This document shows positions 26,743-39,324 of a DNA stretch of 64,000 bases, in pieces. A program made the translations under genes and the position numbers. Source of the stretch: Octopus vulgaris (taxonomy: Eukaryota); assembly GCA_951406725.2 (NCBI GenBank), contig OX597819.1, positions 5,146,001-5,210,000 of the forward strand, given 5' to 3'. Each line of letters starts with the position of its first letter. The stretch's first letter is position 1. The notes beneath the pieces were generated by a model. The model worked only from the letters and a program-made list of their open reading frames with translations. It was not told the origin of the DNA and made no database searches.

Positions 26743-27631
26743 AAGTTATAACTAAACTTGCCTTTCTACTCTAACACACACAGTTACTACCCATGAATTT
26801 ATCAATATCGGGAGGGAAAAAAGCAAGAGAGAGAGGGGGGGGCAAGTGCAGGCAAGATGGTATGGTTAAGAAGTTTACTTTGCGTCAATGTTTTAAGATT
26901 CAGTCATACTGCCAGTAATTTCGGCAAGTGTCTTCTACTATAGCCCTCAGCCTTGTGAATGAATTTGGGAAAGAAAAAGCAGTGCTGGTGCCCATCATAT
27001 GTGTTTGTCTCTCACTACTGCTTGACAGTGTGTTTACCTCCCTGTAACTTATGATCATCCCTGACACACTGTGTGCAAACTTTTAAGTCCAATAAGGCTT
27101 GTACAGCACCTCATAGACCTTCTCTACCCTATTGACTTAGTTCAAAGACAAGCTGAAACAATATCCAGTGCTAATATACATCACAGACTCGTGTGGAAGT
27201 GCCATGATCTCAAACTCAAACAAAAATATTCGCAAAATGTCCAATACCACTCCCTGCATATCTGGTTTTATATCCGAGTGACCTTCTTTTAGAGATGTGC
27301 TTTAACCAGAGAGGCTCCTCACTTCCTGTAGTCTTCCAGCATGCTGAATACCAGCTCAGAATTTTTAAGTGCCCATGTTGTTGCTAGATAGTTGTTGAAT
27401 TAACACTAGGTTCATCCATTCTTTTGACAGGTCTTGTTTTTTCGTCTTTCTGGGTTTCCGACAACCCTTCTCACCCGGCTAACCTGGTGGAGCTGCTGGT
27501 TTAAGTGCTCATGACCTGCCCATGCAACAGGTTGTACTAGATCTCCATGTTATGACTGGCACTCACAACAGACCTCACAAATCACTTGACATTTATGTCT
27601 ACTTATCTATCAACCTATCTATCTGTCTGTC

Positions 27632-28388
27632 ACAACCTGCCCGAGATGCGGGCAGAGCGACGAAACCGCTCTGCACGCAATCGTGCAGTGTCCAGCAATC
27701 TCCCACCTCTGGGCTTATGTCGAACGACTGCTGTCACGTGTGGGACGTGTCGGTTTATCAGCCGAGTCTATCGTTAATATCGTCACGCCTCCTTCATTTA
27801 AACGGGAAGGAAGAGCTATTTTTATCATACTTGTGGCTATGGCGAAAGAATGTATCTGGTGGACGCGTCTGAAAGGATTGGAGACAAACACTTTCCTCTC
27901 TAGTCAATCTCTCATCAACTTCTTCAAGTATCACTTGAAGAGGAAAGTGAGAGTAGAGAGGCAAGTTTTGTCTAGTGAATGTTTTAAAAAAAGATGGGTG
28001 AATGTAGCAAGGATGGCATGTATGAATGACGAAGCCACCTTGACTATGATTCTATGAACCGTAAAAATTAATACAGAGAGTTGCTTATTTGCAAAAAAAA
28101 AAAAAAAAGAAATATAACATGTGACTTTATTGACCAAGGTTACCATGGTCTTTTCTGTAGGCTTTTCTTTCCACGAGTAAACCTCACCTGTCCTCCCCTT
28201 TACACTTCATATTGACATTTCTGTGATAAGGATCCCTATTGATTACCCCCCCCTTTTTGTCCTCTTTCTTTCCTTTTACGATCCCTTTTGATCGAAACCA
28301 AACCGCCTTTTTTCACCCCCAAAAGAAAAGCTCTACCTTGTAATTTGTCCTGTCTGTGTGCAGCCCTGTGTGGCTAATAAAGAAACAT
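27632..28388 (+). mobile_element. 5'-truncated L1/Tx1-like LINE (ORF2 C-terminal CCHC finger + 3' UTR)
   Basis: CPRCGQSDETALHAIVQCPAISHLW...AKECIWWTR...FKKRW, stop at 28057, pyrimidine-rich UTR, AATAAA near 28376. (TATC)-like repeats on both flanks. Confidence 0.8.
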
Positions 28389-28604
28389 ATCTATCTGTAT
28401 ACCTGCTTGCCTACCTCCCTCCCTCCCTCCCTCCCAACCTACCTATCTACCTACCAACCTTGTAGTTAGGGTAAATCCCAATTGTTTCCTCTTGAAACAC
28501 ATCTACTTATTCCATTATTATGGTCAGTATGTATCCATAATTGCTGCCATATGTTAATCAAAATACCTGTTAAAATTGAGAATTATGGAAATATTATTTG
28601 CAGA

Positions 28605-28972
28605 GGCGCCGGAGTGGCTGTGTGGTAAGTAGCTTGCTTACCAACCACACGGTTCCAGGTTCAGTCACACTGTGTAGCACTTCTACTATAGCCTCGGGCC
28701 GACCAAAGCCTTGTGAGTGGATTTGGTAGATGGAAACTGAAAGAAGCCCGTCGTATATACGTATATGTACATATGTGTATGTGTGTTTGTGTGTCCCTCC
28801 CCCAACATCGCTTGACAACCAATGCTGGTGTGTTTACGTCCCTGTAACTTAGCAGTTCAGCAAAAAGAGACCGATAAAATAAGTACTAGGCTTACAAAGA
28901 ATAAGTTTTGGGGTTGATTTGATTGACTAAAGGTGGTGCTCCAGCATGGCCGCAAGTAAAAGAGTAAAAGAG
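28605..28972 (+). mobile_element. S1 SINE with small internal deletions
   Basis: Colinear with S1. Confidence 0.85.
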
Positions 28973-29756
28973 AGTTATTGTATAACAAAACAGGGAAGTG
29001 GAAATTTTTTGGTATTATTTATTCTCCATTACACATGTTTCTTTTGCTAATAGGAATTACAAAGATATACATATTAGCTAGACATGTAAGGAATACCCTA
29101 TTAGAAATTCATCATATGGTGGAAAATTTTCTTTTTGTAATACAAAAATCACATTTCGATGAAGTGTTTACTATATTGTCATCCAAGCGTGACGCACATG
29201 CCAGTTGGTAATTGGTATTAGTTGGTTCTACCCCTGTGCATGGTTGCAGTTCAGTGACTGAAACAAGTAAAACGAAAAAGAACAAAAGAAAGGAAAAATG
29301 AAATGGGTTGAGCTTCAGTGCTTCATTTTTTTAAACATTTTGTTTTGAGTTTTTATGAATAAATCATATTGTACAAAATTTAAGAAATGCAGCCTTCTCA
29401 CATGGCAGGGAACTTCATTGTAGTCTTCTGACATAAAAGGTTTCCCCTCATTGGAATTCTCTTTAAAATCTAAAACTCTAATAAATCTCATCATTATTGT
29501 TTTACATCTGCTTTTTATGCTGGCATGGGTTGGATGAGTCTTCAATCCAAGGCATTTCTTATTGGGGAAGCATTTGTTCTTAAAACTGGTGTTGTTAAAA
29601 TAAGTACCAGTTGAGCACTGGGGTCAGTGTAATTGATGTATCCCTCTCCATTAAAAATTGCTGGCCTTGTGTCAAAAGTTGAAGCCATCATTATCATTAT
29701 TATGGTGGTGAGATGATAAAATCATTAGCATGCTGGACAACATGTTGAGCAGCATT

Positions 29757-30124
29757 CGGCCATGCTTGAGCACCGCCTTTAATCGAGCAACTTGACCCCG
29801 GGACTTATTCTTTTGTAAGCCCAGTACTTATTCTATCGGTCTCTTTGCCGAACTGCTAAGTAACGGGGACATAAACACACCAGCATCGGTTGTCAAGCAA
29901 TGCTAGGGGGACAAACACAGACACACAAACAAACACACACCCGCATATATATACACATATATACGACGGGCTTCTTTCAGTTTCCGTCTACCAAATCCAC
30001 TCACAAGGCATTGGTCGGCCCGGGGCTATAGTAGAAGACACTTGCCCAAGGTGCCACGCAGTGGGACTGAACCCGGAACCATGTGGTTGGTAAACAAGCT
30101 ACTTACCACACAGCCACTCCTGCG
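29757..30124 (-). mobile_element. S1 SINE, 3'-truncated
   Basis: Colinear with S1. Confidence 0.85.
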
Positions 30125-30952
30125 GGTTGATTCATTTGACCAAAAATTTCTTCAAGGCAGTGCCCCAGCATGGCCACAGTCTAATGAGTGAAACAAGTAA
30201 AAGATAAAAGTTTGTGTGTATGTGTTGTGTGCACAAACACACACACATAATAAATGTACAAACATAGTAGTATGACTAAAGGCTTACTATACAATCACAG
30301 TTCCTGGTTCAATCCCACTCTACAGCACCTTGGGTGAGTGCTTATCATAACCTTAGAATTGCATTTGGTAGCCGGAATCTGTTCAGATACTTTTCTTATA
30401 CTTGTTGTGTATGTGTATATGAGAGAAGGAGGGAGGGAGGGAGAGAGAGAGAGAGGGAGAGATAAGGAGGGAGTGTGTGATTGTTTATGTTTGGACTGAT
30501 TAAAAACAAAACACTGCACTAACTTCACTTGTTTCTTTCCCCCCCCCACCCCGAGTCCAAGAGGACATTAAACAATGCATTGTACAAAGCAGAGTTGCAG
30601 AACAAATATTTAGATCTATAGATAAAATTATCAATGGCCAAACAATAGAATGAGTATAGATTTCACAAGGTTTTTGTTGAAGAAGTTCCTTACCCAGGAA
30701 CACAGACTTCAATGGTTAGAATCTAAAGAAAGAATACTATATTATTACAGTGTACCACCAGGGTTAGCTTTGTGTTTTATATCCCTTTGTTCATAAAATA
30801 AATATACTGGAAGGCATTACAATTGGATGAATAGAAGAATAATACAAGTGATACACTGCTGTCACTAAATGTCTGATAATATAAAGTTCATCCAACTCTT
30901 ATGAATACAGATTCAGAGTTTTTCTTTATTAATCTATCTATCTATCTATCTA

Positions 30953-30986
<34 letters not shown>

Positions 30987-30989
<3 letters not shown>

Positions 30990-31384
30990 AATATTAGGGA
31001 ATAAATCCAAATTTACAGGGAAAAAAAAAATCAGATTTAGGATTAAATCCAATTTTATAGTAAAATATTATAAAATATTATTAGAGACAAAACCACTATT
31101 TTGCAAAACAAACAAGGAAAGACTTAATCAATACATAAAATTTTAATAAATAGTCAAAAAAACCGCCACTACAATCGTTTCTTGTCTTGATCGACAATCT
31201 TCAGGTGGACTTCAATCTAAAATATCAATATTTATTAAAATTTTAGATTGAAGTCCACCTGAAGATTGTCGATCAAGACAAGAAACGATTGTAGTGGCGG
31301 TTTTTTTGACTATTTATTAAAATTTTATGTATTGATTAAGTCTTTCCTTGTTTGTTTTGCAAAATAGTGGTTTTGTCTCTAATA

Positions 31385-31394
<10 letters not shown>
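30987..31394. mobile_element. Penelope-like element remnant with perfect 155-bp inverted repeat, inserted in (TA)n
   Basis: Arms 31069-31223 and 31240-31394 with a 16-nt spacer; each arm carries a hammerhead motif. Confidence 0.8.
31255..31297 (+). ncRNA. Minimal type I hammerhead ribozyme (mirror copy on the - strand at 31166-31208)
   Basis: CCAC | CUGAAGA | UUGUC-gaucaa-GACAA | GAAAC-gauu-GUA | GUGG: intact core, stem I CCAC/GUGG, 5-bp stem II, very short stem III, GUA cleavage triplet. Confidence 0.75.
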
Positions 31395-31443
<49 letters not shown>

Positions 31444-31454
31444 ATATATATATA

Positions 31455-31950
31455 TATCACCAAATGGGTGTGATCATTGACAGAGCGGCTAACCGGGCTT
31501 CCGTGCCAGTGGCACTTAAAAGGCACCATTCGAGCATGACCATTACCACCGTCGTCTTACTGGCACTCGAGGCCCGTGCTAGTAGGGTATTAAGAGCACC
31601 ATCTGAGCGTGGTCATTGCCAGAGTGTCTATCTGACCTGTGGCACGTAAAAGACACCATTCGAGCGTGACCATTACCAACGTCGCCTTACTGGCACCTGT
31701 GCCAGTGGCATGTGTAAAAGATTCGAGCGAGGTCATTGCCAGTACCGCCTGACTGGCCCCCATACCGGTGGCACATAAAAGCACCCACTACACTCTCGGA
31801 GTGGTTGGTGTTAGGAAGGGCATCCAGCTGTAGAAACTCTGCCAGATCAAGATTGGAGCCTGGTGCAGCCATCTGGTTCGCCAGCCCTCTGTCAAACCAT
31901 CCAACCCATGCCAGCATGGAAAGTAGACGTTAAAAGATGATGATGATGAT
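31455..31950 (+). mobile_element. S3 retroposon, divergent subfamily with about five degenerate repeat motifs
   Basis: Variants of gtgccagtggcac-taaaa-gcacc, followed by the core and (GAT)n tail. Confidence 0.8.
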
Positions 31951-32470
31951 AATGAATGGTGGTAGTTGGTGATAAAGAAATAAATCCCAGTAATATACTG
32001 GGAGTCAATTCAGTTAACTCTACCTCTCCTACAAAAACTGGCTTCAAGCCAATGTCAGAAATGATTTTTGATAAAAGTCTTAGCATTATGTTTTCAGGTA
32101 CTCACTGTAGTCTACAGAAACTTTCTTCTGTTCTATTGATGTATTTTCTCAACCTTCCTGAATGCTATTCTCATTCTCTACCTCCACTGCCAATATCTGA
32201 TTATTTGAAATGTAAATCTTCTGTCAAATAGCCAGGAATACAGCTATAAATCTTGCATGTACACATGCTGTTTGTTGTTTCCTTATACACACACACGCGA
32301 AACTGGCAACATTTTCTTGCTTTTCCAGTTTATCAAGGACATAGAGCTAATATCATTTTAGTTACAAATCATACTTCCAAGATTTGAAAGTTTGACATCT
32401 TTACTGTAATGAAAGTCATTTATCTCTTCACATTTGCTCCAATTTAAATTATAAAATAAGAACAATACAG

Positions 32471-32868
32471 CAGTAATCCTTCAACTATTGCGGGTATTAC
32501 GTTCCACCCCCACCCCTGCGATAGGTGAAAATCTATGCAAAACGACACCCCACACTCGCCTCCCGAGTTTCGTTTTCCATACAATATGTGCAATTCTTTG
32601 TTTATTCATCTATGATACACTACGTATTTTCTTTTAATATATTTTAATTAATGTGTTATACAGTACAGCAATGTATCTTTATTTATTAATTTATTAATTT
32701 TGGGGCATGAAAACGCTTATTTTACCACAGAAATAATTAGAATCTAAAAAAATGTAAATACCTATCGGCTGCAGAAACCCGTGATACAAATTTACATATA
32801 TTAGCCAGAAACATCCACGATGTACTCAAGGCATGATAGGTGAACCACAATATGGTGAGCGATTACTG
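32471..32868. mobile_element. Tc1/pogo(Tigger)-like MITE
   Basis: Imperfect TIRs CAGTAATCCTTCAACTATTGCGG...CCACAATATGGTGAGCGATTACTG, followed by TA. Confidence 0.7.
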
Positions 32869-33539
32869 TAATTGATTAAACAATCAATGCTCTTATTTCC
32901 CACAGAGTTACGTTATAATTTATGTACATGGTGGTGGTGGTGGTTTTTAGCCCTAGGTCAGCTGTAATCATGTAAACCTATGATCCTGTCTCTCCTAGAA
33001 ACAGTGACCCAAGACTACATTATCTATCAGTTTCTTTAGCTGAACCACTAAGTTACAGGGATGTAAACACACCAACACCAGTTGTCCAGTGGTAGTGGTG
33101 GCACAAATACAGACACAGAGATATACTCACACACAAATACATATATACATATATGGCGAACTTCTTTCAGTCTCTTTTTACCATATCCATTTGCAAGGCT
33201 TTGGTCAGCAGTAGGCGGCACCTGGTCAAGGTGCCATGCTGTGGGACTGAACCTGGAACCATGTGGTTTGGATGCAAGCTTCTTACCACATAGTCATGCC
33301 TGTGCCCATATCTATGAAGTAGAAATATGCCATTGATAAATAGGAAAACATGTTCAATGATCTTGTTGCTTTCAGTGTCTTTGGATTCTATTACAAGTCT
33401 GCAAAGCTGTTTCAATTAAATGTTGTATGTTTTCACATAAAAATAGACTAAATAAGTACCACCACCCCTCCCAAATTGAAATATTTGTCTATATATATAT
33501 ATATATATATACACACACATTGAAATATTTGTCTATACC

Positions 33540-33772
33540 TATTTCTTTACTACCCACAAGGGGCTAAACACAGAGGGGGACAAACAAGGACAGACATAGG
33601 TATTAAGTCGATTACATCGATCCCAGTGCATAACTGGTACTTAATTTATCGACCCCGAAAGGATGAAAGGCAAAGTCGACTTCGGTGGAATTTGAACTCA
33701 CAATGTAACGATGGACGAAATACGGCTACGCATTTCATCCGGCGTGCTAACGTTTCTGCCAGCTCGCCGCCT
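33540..33772 (-). mobile_element. S2 SINE with 15-bp TSD
   Basis: atatttgtctatacc at 33525-33539 and 33773-33787. Confidence 0.9.
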
Positions 33773-34266
33773 ATATTTGTCTATACCATCTATTTCTTCA
33801 ACCGCCAGATACACAGAAATGTGTATATGTGTGTGTGTGTATATGTAGGCTATCAGTCCTATTCTGTTGCTTATCAGAATCTTATATATTGGCAATCAAG
33901 TCGTACTCTATCGCTCATCCCAGTTTTGTATATTGGTAATCAGTGCTACATATAAAAGATAATTAATCTCTTTTTTCTCGTTTGGAAAATACTAAATGTA
34001 AATATTATAGAAAAGGTGAACATATTGTATTCCTGTTTAAATGTGTCTTCTGTAAAATTGGCTCAGATTAAAGATCTTTTCTTTTTTCTTTATCATTTTG
34101 TTTTTCTTTCTTTTCTTGGGTTCCTCTTTATTTTCTCAGATTTTCTTCATGTTTTTTCAGTCTTCTTTCATCCTTTTTTTTACATCTTTACTTTTTTTTT
34201 CATTTTCCCTTCCTTACCTTGTTTTCTTTCTTTAATTATTTTCCTTCATGCTCTGTTAACGAACAG

Positions 34267-34283
34267 GTTAATCCTTTGAACCG
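34267..34283 (+). CDS. Candidate 17-nt microexon of the PLEKHF2-like gene (coding or 5' UTR)
   Basis: About 180-nt polypyrimidine tract (34075-34256), TGC motif, aacag acceptor, CG|gtaaat donor. Reads VNPLN(R), phase-compatible with 37765-37784. No homology support. Confidence 0.35.
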
Positions 34284-35379
34284 GTAAATACACTTTTGTG
34301 GGTGCAATTTTGTTTGACTTATAATTCTGAAAGAGCCACTTAGTATTGCATTTACAGTTGAAAATAATGATATTTCTGCTAATGAGTGAGCTGTAAATAC
34401 AAAACTATGTGGAGGTACACTTCTGCATCCTCAAGGGATGAAATTTCACCCGCTAAAGCATAAGGCAAAACCAAGAAGATATTAACACTTTTGATACCAG
34501 CCCACCTAAGTACTCTAGGAATAGTGGGTGGAGAAGATGGCTGGCTGAAATTATTAAATATGGTTAATTTAGGTAATATAATCAGTATTTGATATAGCTA
34601 ATTGCTCCATATAGTAAATTGTTTTTATAATAAGAAAAATTGCATTTAAAATTTTAATCACTATAATATTTACATTGAAGATGATATCTATCATAGTTTC
34701 AAAATGTCTAGATCTTATTTAAGATTTTTTCTGAATTTTATTTTTTAAGTTGATACTCTTACAGAAGATCATGTGTTAAAGGAAGTATAGGCCTGGATTA
34801 AATTGAATTGCTTAATCCATAGTTACTTCATAAACAAAAATATAATGCAATCATCTCATTATCCTCATTTTAAGATTTATTTTCCCCTGCTGCCATGAGT
34901 TGGCTATCTCTCTAAAGTATCCTTATTCTGGGAAGCATGATCAAACTGCACTACGACCCAAGTCTTTCTTGGTCTCCATGTGTTGCATGTGCCTCTGCCA
35001 TTCAGTGTTTGTAATTTGTTTACATTACACATCCATATTAACATAATTAATTCTCTTTCATATATCTCTTTGACCAGTTGATTTCACATTTGCGTTCAGC
35101 TTTTCTGTTGACTTCTAATCTTGACTCTGCTTTTGTCAGCTTTGTACAATTCCTGAACTGCTCTAATGAACCATTCATCCATATCACATCAAGCATTCTG
35201 ATTGCCCATTGAAAACCTTTTCTACTTCTGGGTCAACAAATGCCAGATAGATTTGTTTATTTTCAACTATAACTTATAGAATTCTTTTGCTGTTGTTGCT
35301 TAACCTCAAGTCAGCCCTGATTGAGCTAACTTGCAATCAAAGACTCTCCAAACTTCCCCATCCCACAGTCAGACAGTAT

Positions 35380-35810
35380 ATATAAGAATACATTATTACA
35401 CACATGTGAGTGAGAACACTTTGAGATATTTTTGGTATCTAATATATGTCAGATACTGCGCTGCTTCTGATTGGTCAATCCATGGCGATGACCCGAGGTC
35501 ACGGTGACAGCGCTGCTTCTGATTGGTCAATTCGTGGTGATGACCCGAGGTCACGGTGACGGCACAACTTTTGTCATTCATAAGTTACAACTAAACGTGA
35601 AGAATTTAGTTATTGGGTTAATAAAATATGGTCGTTTATTCGTGTGTAATAAATAAAATACCAAACTCATTCCCTATGGATACCGTATTTATTACAACGA
35701 GTGGCTTGTAAACGTATCTAACGAGCGAAAGCGAGTTAGATACGTTTAAAGCCACTCGTAATAAATACGGTATCCATAGGGAATGAGTTTGGTATTCTCT
35801 ATTTATTCAA
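35380..35810. mobile_element. Non-autonomous Crypton-like element with long hairpin
   Basis: Inverted arms 35648-35722 and 35735-35806 around GAGCGAAAGCGA; 52-bp direct duplication containing TTCTGATTGGTC at 35458-35561. Classification is from recalled motifs. Confidence 0.55.
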
Positions 35811-36898
35811 CATATTCTACAGTAGGGTGTTTGTTATTCAAGGAAGCCTAGGTTTCTATTTCTAACAATTCAAGCAACTTTATAGAGGTTCTATCATTGA
35901 TTCAAAATTTCAGTTGACTCATCTCTCTGTTACAAATACTAACTATGACACAGCCAATCCAGAACACTACTCATATCTGCACTAACTGCAACATATTCAC
36001 TCCAGTGCAATGACCCACCACTAAATTTACTCTCTCTCTCTCTCTCTCTCAAGTTATTTCTCTTTTTTCTTTTTATATAATTTTTCAGCTTAATAATCTC
36101 CACACTCTGCCTCCAATTCTCATCCTATTGTTAACCTCATATATCCAAAGTAATTGATTGAAATCTTATTTAGCTTGATGACTCATTACATTCTGAAACT
36201 ACACTCTCACCTTTTCTCCTCCTTTTAAATAAAACTTTACACTTCAGCCATAAATGGCAATAGATAGGGATTAGTCCTACTTGGACTTTCAGCATTGACT
36301 GCATTCTTAAATAATAATGTACACACTTGACAGGAATGTTATTATTATTATTATTTTTTTATCTTTAAATTTGGTTACTTAATTAGCTGATGACAAAGTT
36401 TTATAACTTGCTTTAATTGCTATTAAAATGAGGATTATCCTAGACTTTTTAATCAGCAACTCTGCTCCCCCCTCCCCACCCCCAAGAACTACAAAATATA
36501 TTTGTATGATGAGGAATGAGTTTGGAGAACTATACGAGGGCTTATCCCCAGTTCTACAATCATGTGTATTATTGATTTCAGATTCCTGCACAAGGCCAGC
36601 AATTTCAGGGGAAGGGGATAAGTCGGATATGTTGACCCCTGTGTTCAACTGGTACTTATTTTAACTATTCCGAAAAGTAAAGCCAACCTTGGCAGAATTT
36701 GAACTCGGAACATAAAGATGGATGGAATGCAGCTAACCATTTTGCCTGGCATGGTAACGATTCTACCAGCTTGGCTAGCCATCACTGTGTGTGCGACATA
36801 GATATGGAACAGCTGATTATAAAATTCCACATCTACAGTACTAAAAGTTACTTGTGGCTCTGACTTTTTGTGTAGCATGTCATAATTATATAAATATA

Positions 36899-37120
36899 GG
36901 GAGATGTACTTGCATAGCAAGTGACCTGATCTGAGATCGTGTGCTGGACCGAAAACAATTGCAGCGTGGAAGGTGTTTATAAGCCATTTAAGAAACACAC
37001 AAAAACCATTAGATTCACTTCAACATATTTTGACAGATTAAATTTAAATGTTGAAGTGAATCTAACGGTTTTGAGTGTTTCTTAAATGGCTTATAAACAC
37101 CTTCCATGCTGCAATTGTTT
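36899..37120. mobile_element. Short element with about 74-bp inverted repeat and AT-rich TSD (Penelope-like remnant?)
   Basis: Arms 36953-37026 and 37048-37120; atataaatata is duplicated on both flanks. Confidence 0.6.
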
Positions 37121-37764
37121 ATATAAATATAATATTTTATTTAAATTTAAACAATATGTTTAGGCCTCCCTCTGTTAATTTGAACAATTTCATTTCTCTC
37201 TCTCTCTCTCTCTTATTTGCTTAGTGTAACTATAGAGTGTATTACATACATTGCTTATTGAGTCATTCTTTTCAGTGGCATTGGCTGAGTTATAACGCAC
37301 ACAATAACACAATAGGCCCACTACTAGAAAAGGGCTGTCCAAGCTTCGCCTACAGGTATCTGGAACAGGGCAGCTTAAAAAGCTCCACCCTTCTCTGTCT
37401 ATTAATAGAACTGTATTCAGTCCTACAAGCAATTGAAATACTTGTTAGATTTACAATATTGCTATTGCTGGTGTTAACTGTGGTTGTTACTACTCTGCAA
37501 TGTCTCCAGACTAGTGACATGGCATGACATAGTAAATAACCTGTTGGTTTTGTAATTTCTGTTCATTTGCTTAAGTACCACTTAGTTGTTTTATCTGTAC
37601 AAGCAAGTTTTTGTTAATAAGAATGTTTAATGCTTGTTGAATGAGAAACCTTACAGTTAAATGCAATTGCTATCACTTGACACTCCTGTATAAAACTGAC
37701 GAGAGGGCATATGTACTAGTTCTTGAAAGATTATCTTGTTAGACGCAGTGTTTTCTCTGTTCAG

Positions 37765-37784
37765 ACAGAATGAGTTACACACAT
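37765..37784 (+). CDS. Candidate 20-nt (or 24-nt) microexon of the PLEKHF2-like gene
   Basis: ttttctctgttcag acceptor and two tandem GTAAGT donors (after 37784 and after 37788). Either (R)QNELHT(F) or, from the ATG at 37770, MSYTHV(I) joins in frame to 47622. Confidence 0.45.
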
Positions 37785-37814
37785 GTAAGTAAGTAAAATC
37801 CTTAGCTGGTGACC

Positions 37815-38400
37815 AGAGTGGGAGGTTGTCCTTTCAACCAATATGCTGTTGTGGATGCCACTGAACGATGGACTCTGGTGATGATGTTATTCCATGCTTT
37901 CCAATCCATGGTGCTGGCTTTAGCATGCTTTAAGTCAAGACACTGTGACTTCAGGCCTTCCTCAATTTGTTTCATCCATGTCTTCTTATTGACCTTTGTA
38001 AATAAGTTGCAGTTGTAGGAGTAGTAGTAGTAGTAGCAAAATCCTTATCTTGTAACCAGAGGGGGCAGGCTGTCCTCTCAACCAATACACTGCTGTGGGT
38101 GCCATTGGATGATGGATTCTGGTGATAATGTTTATTCTATGCTTTCCAGTCCATAGCACTGGCCTTAGCATGCTTGAGGTCAAGGCTCTCTGACTTCAGG
38201 TCTTCCTCAACATTTTTTGCCCATGTCTTCTTTGGTGCAGTGCACTGCATTCTCTAGTGTGTGGTTCACTGCCACCACAAAAATTGGTGTGGCAGTCTTC
38301 CGGTACTCATCCTGCAGACATGACCAAACCACTGTAACCTGTGCTGCTGGACTTGGTCTTCACTGGTTGGCTGCTGCCATTTTTCTTAGATGTCGTTGTT
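37815..38400 (-). mobile_element. Two adjacent degenerate RTE-like LINE 3' ends
   Basis: 37820-37987 and 38062-38231 are diverged direct repeats. Minus strand reads RLQWFGHVCRM...PKKTW..IEE.L...W..II. Confidence 0.75.
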
Positions 38401-38925
38401 GCTGTAATAAAATGAGGTGTTACTTTTAGAAAACTTACCAGATCGATCCATATTACAACTATTGTTACAAATACCAACACTTTGCAGAAAGAAAAAAAAC
38501 CCCAAAAAAAACTAAAGAATTCAGAACTCTTTAAAACAGAGTCCACACTGCAAAGGCGTTTGGTTTTCAGTTTTATTTGCAATTACTGTAAAGAATTAAA
38601 ATATATAATGAAATATTTGTTACTAGATACAATTAAGATCTTTTGTTCACCTAAATTATCATGATTATGGCATTTCGGACAATTATCATTTTTTCTTTTT
38701 TTGTAGATTTTTGTCACCGATTGAATTTATTCTCATCCTTTAGTTGAATGTTTTCTGTACTAATATAGTTATAGTTAGGAATGTGTTGACATATTTTATA
38801 CAGGAAGACACAATAGCTATTCAAAAACACACAAAGAATGTTTCTGCCACTTAAACATTATACTGCTGTGTAATCTTGTTAGTGACCAGGTTGTAGTTTC
38901 CTGCAATGAAAAGTTAGACACCAAA

Positions 38926-39324
38926 TCTTTATATATAAAAGTAAGGTTGTGTGCTGTCTGTCTCCTACGATTTAGATTCCTAACTACTCCCACATTTTGC
39001 AGTGCAGTGTAATCAAAACCGGGTATCTTATAGTCGTGATTCATATCGAGCCTTTCTGGGTATTAGCGCGCATCTACGATGAGTCTACAATTTTATAAAA
39101 AATTTACCATCATTTTTTCCCATTTTTAATTCATTTTTTTGCAATTATATAAGGGAAGTAACTCTCTAAAAATGTATTATTAGATCTCAGAATGTAAAAA
39201 GCTACAGTAACACCCCCCTTTGTGGTTAGCCATATTGAGATGGCTATTATACTTTACATCTCTAAAAATTGCTTATATAGTTATTTCCCTTACAAACCCG
39301 AGCAACGCCGGGCGATACTGCTAG
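38926..39324 (+). mobile_element. Non-autonomous Helitron
   Basis: A|TC...cccgagcaacgccggg...CTAG|T. Confidence 0.88.

Noticed and set aside
27060-27420. Possible LINE ORF1 remnant on the minus strand
   Set aside because: Too degenerate; no convincing motif by eye.
34016-34279. 87-aa Phe-rich membrane protein ORF
   Set aside because: Translation of a polypyrimidine tract.
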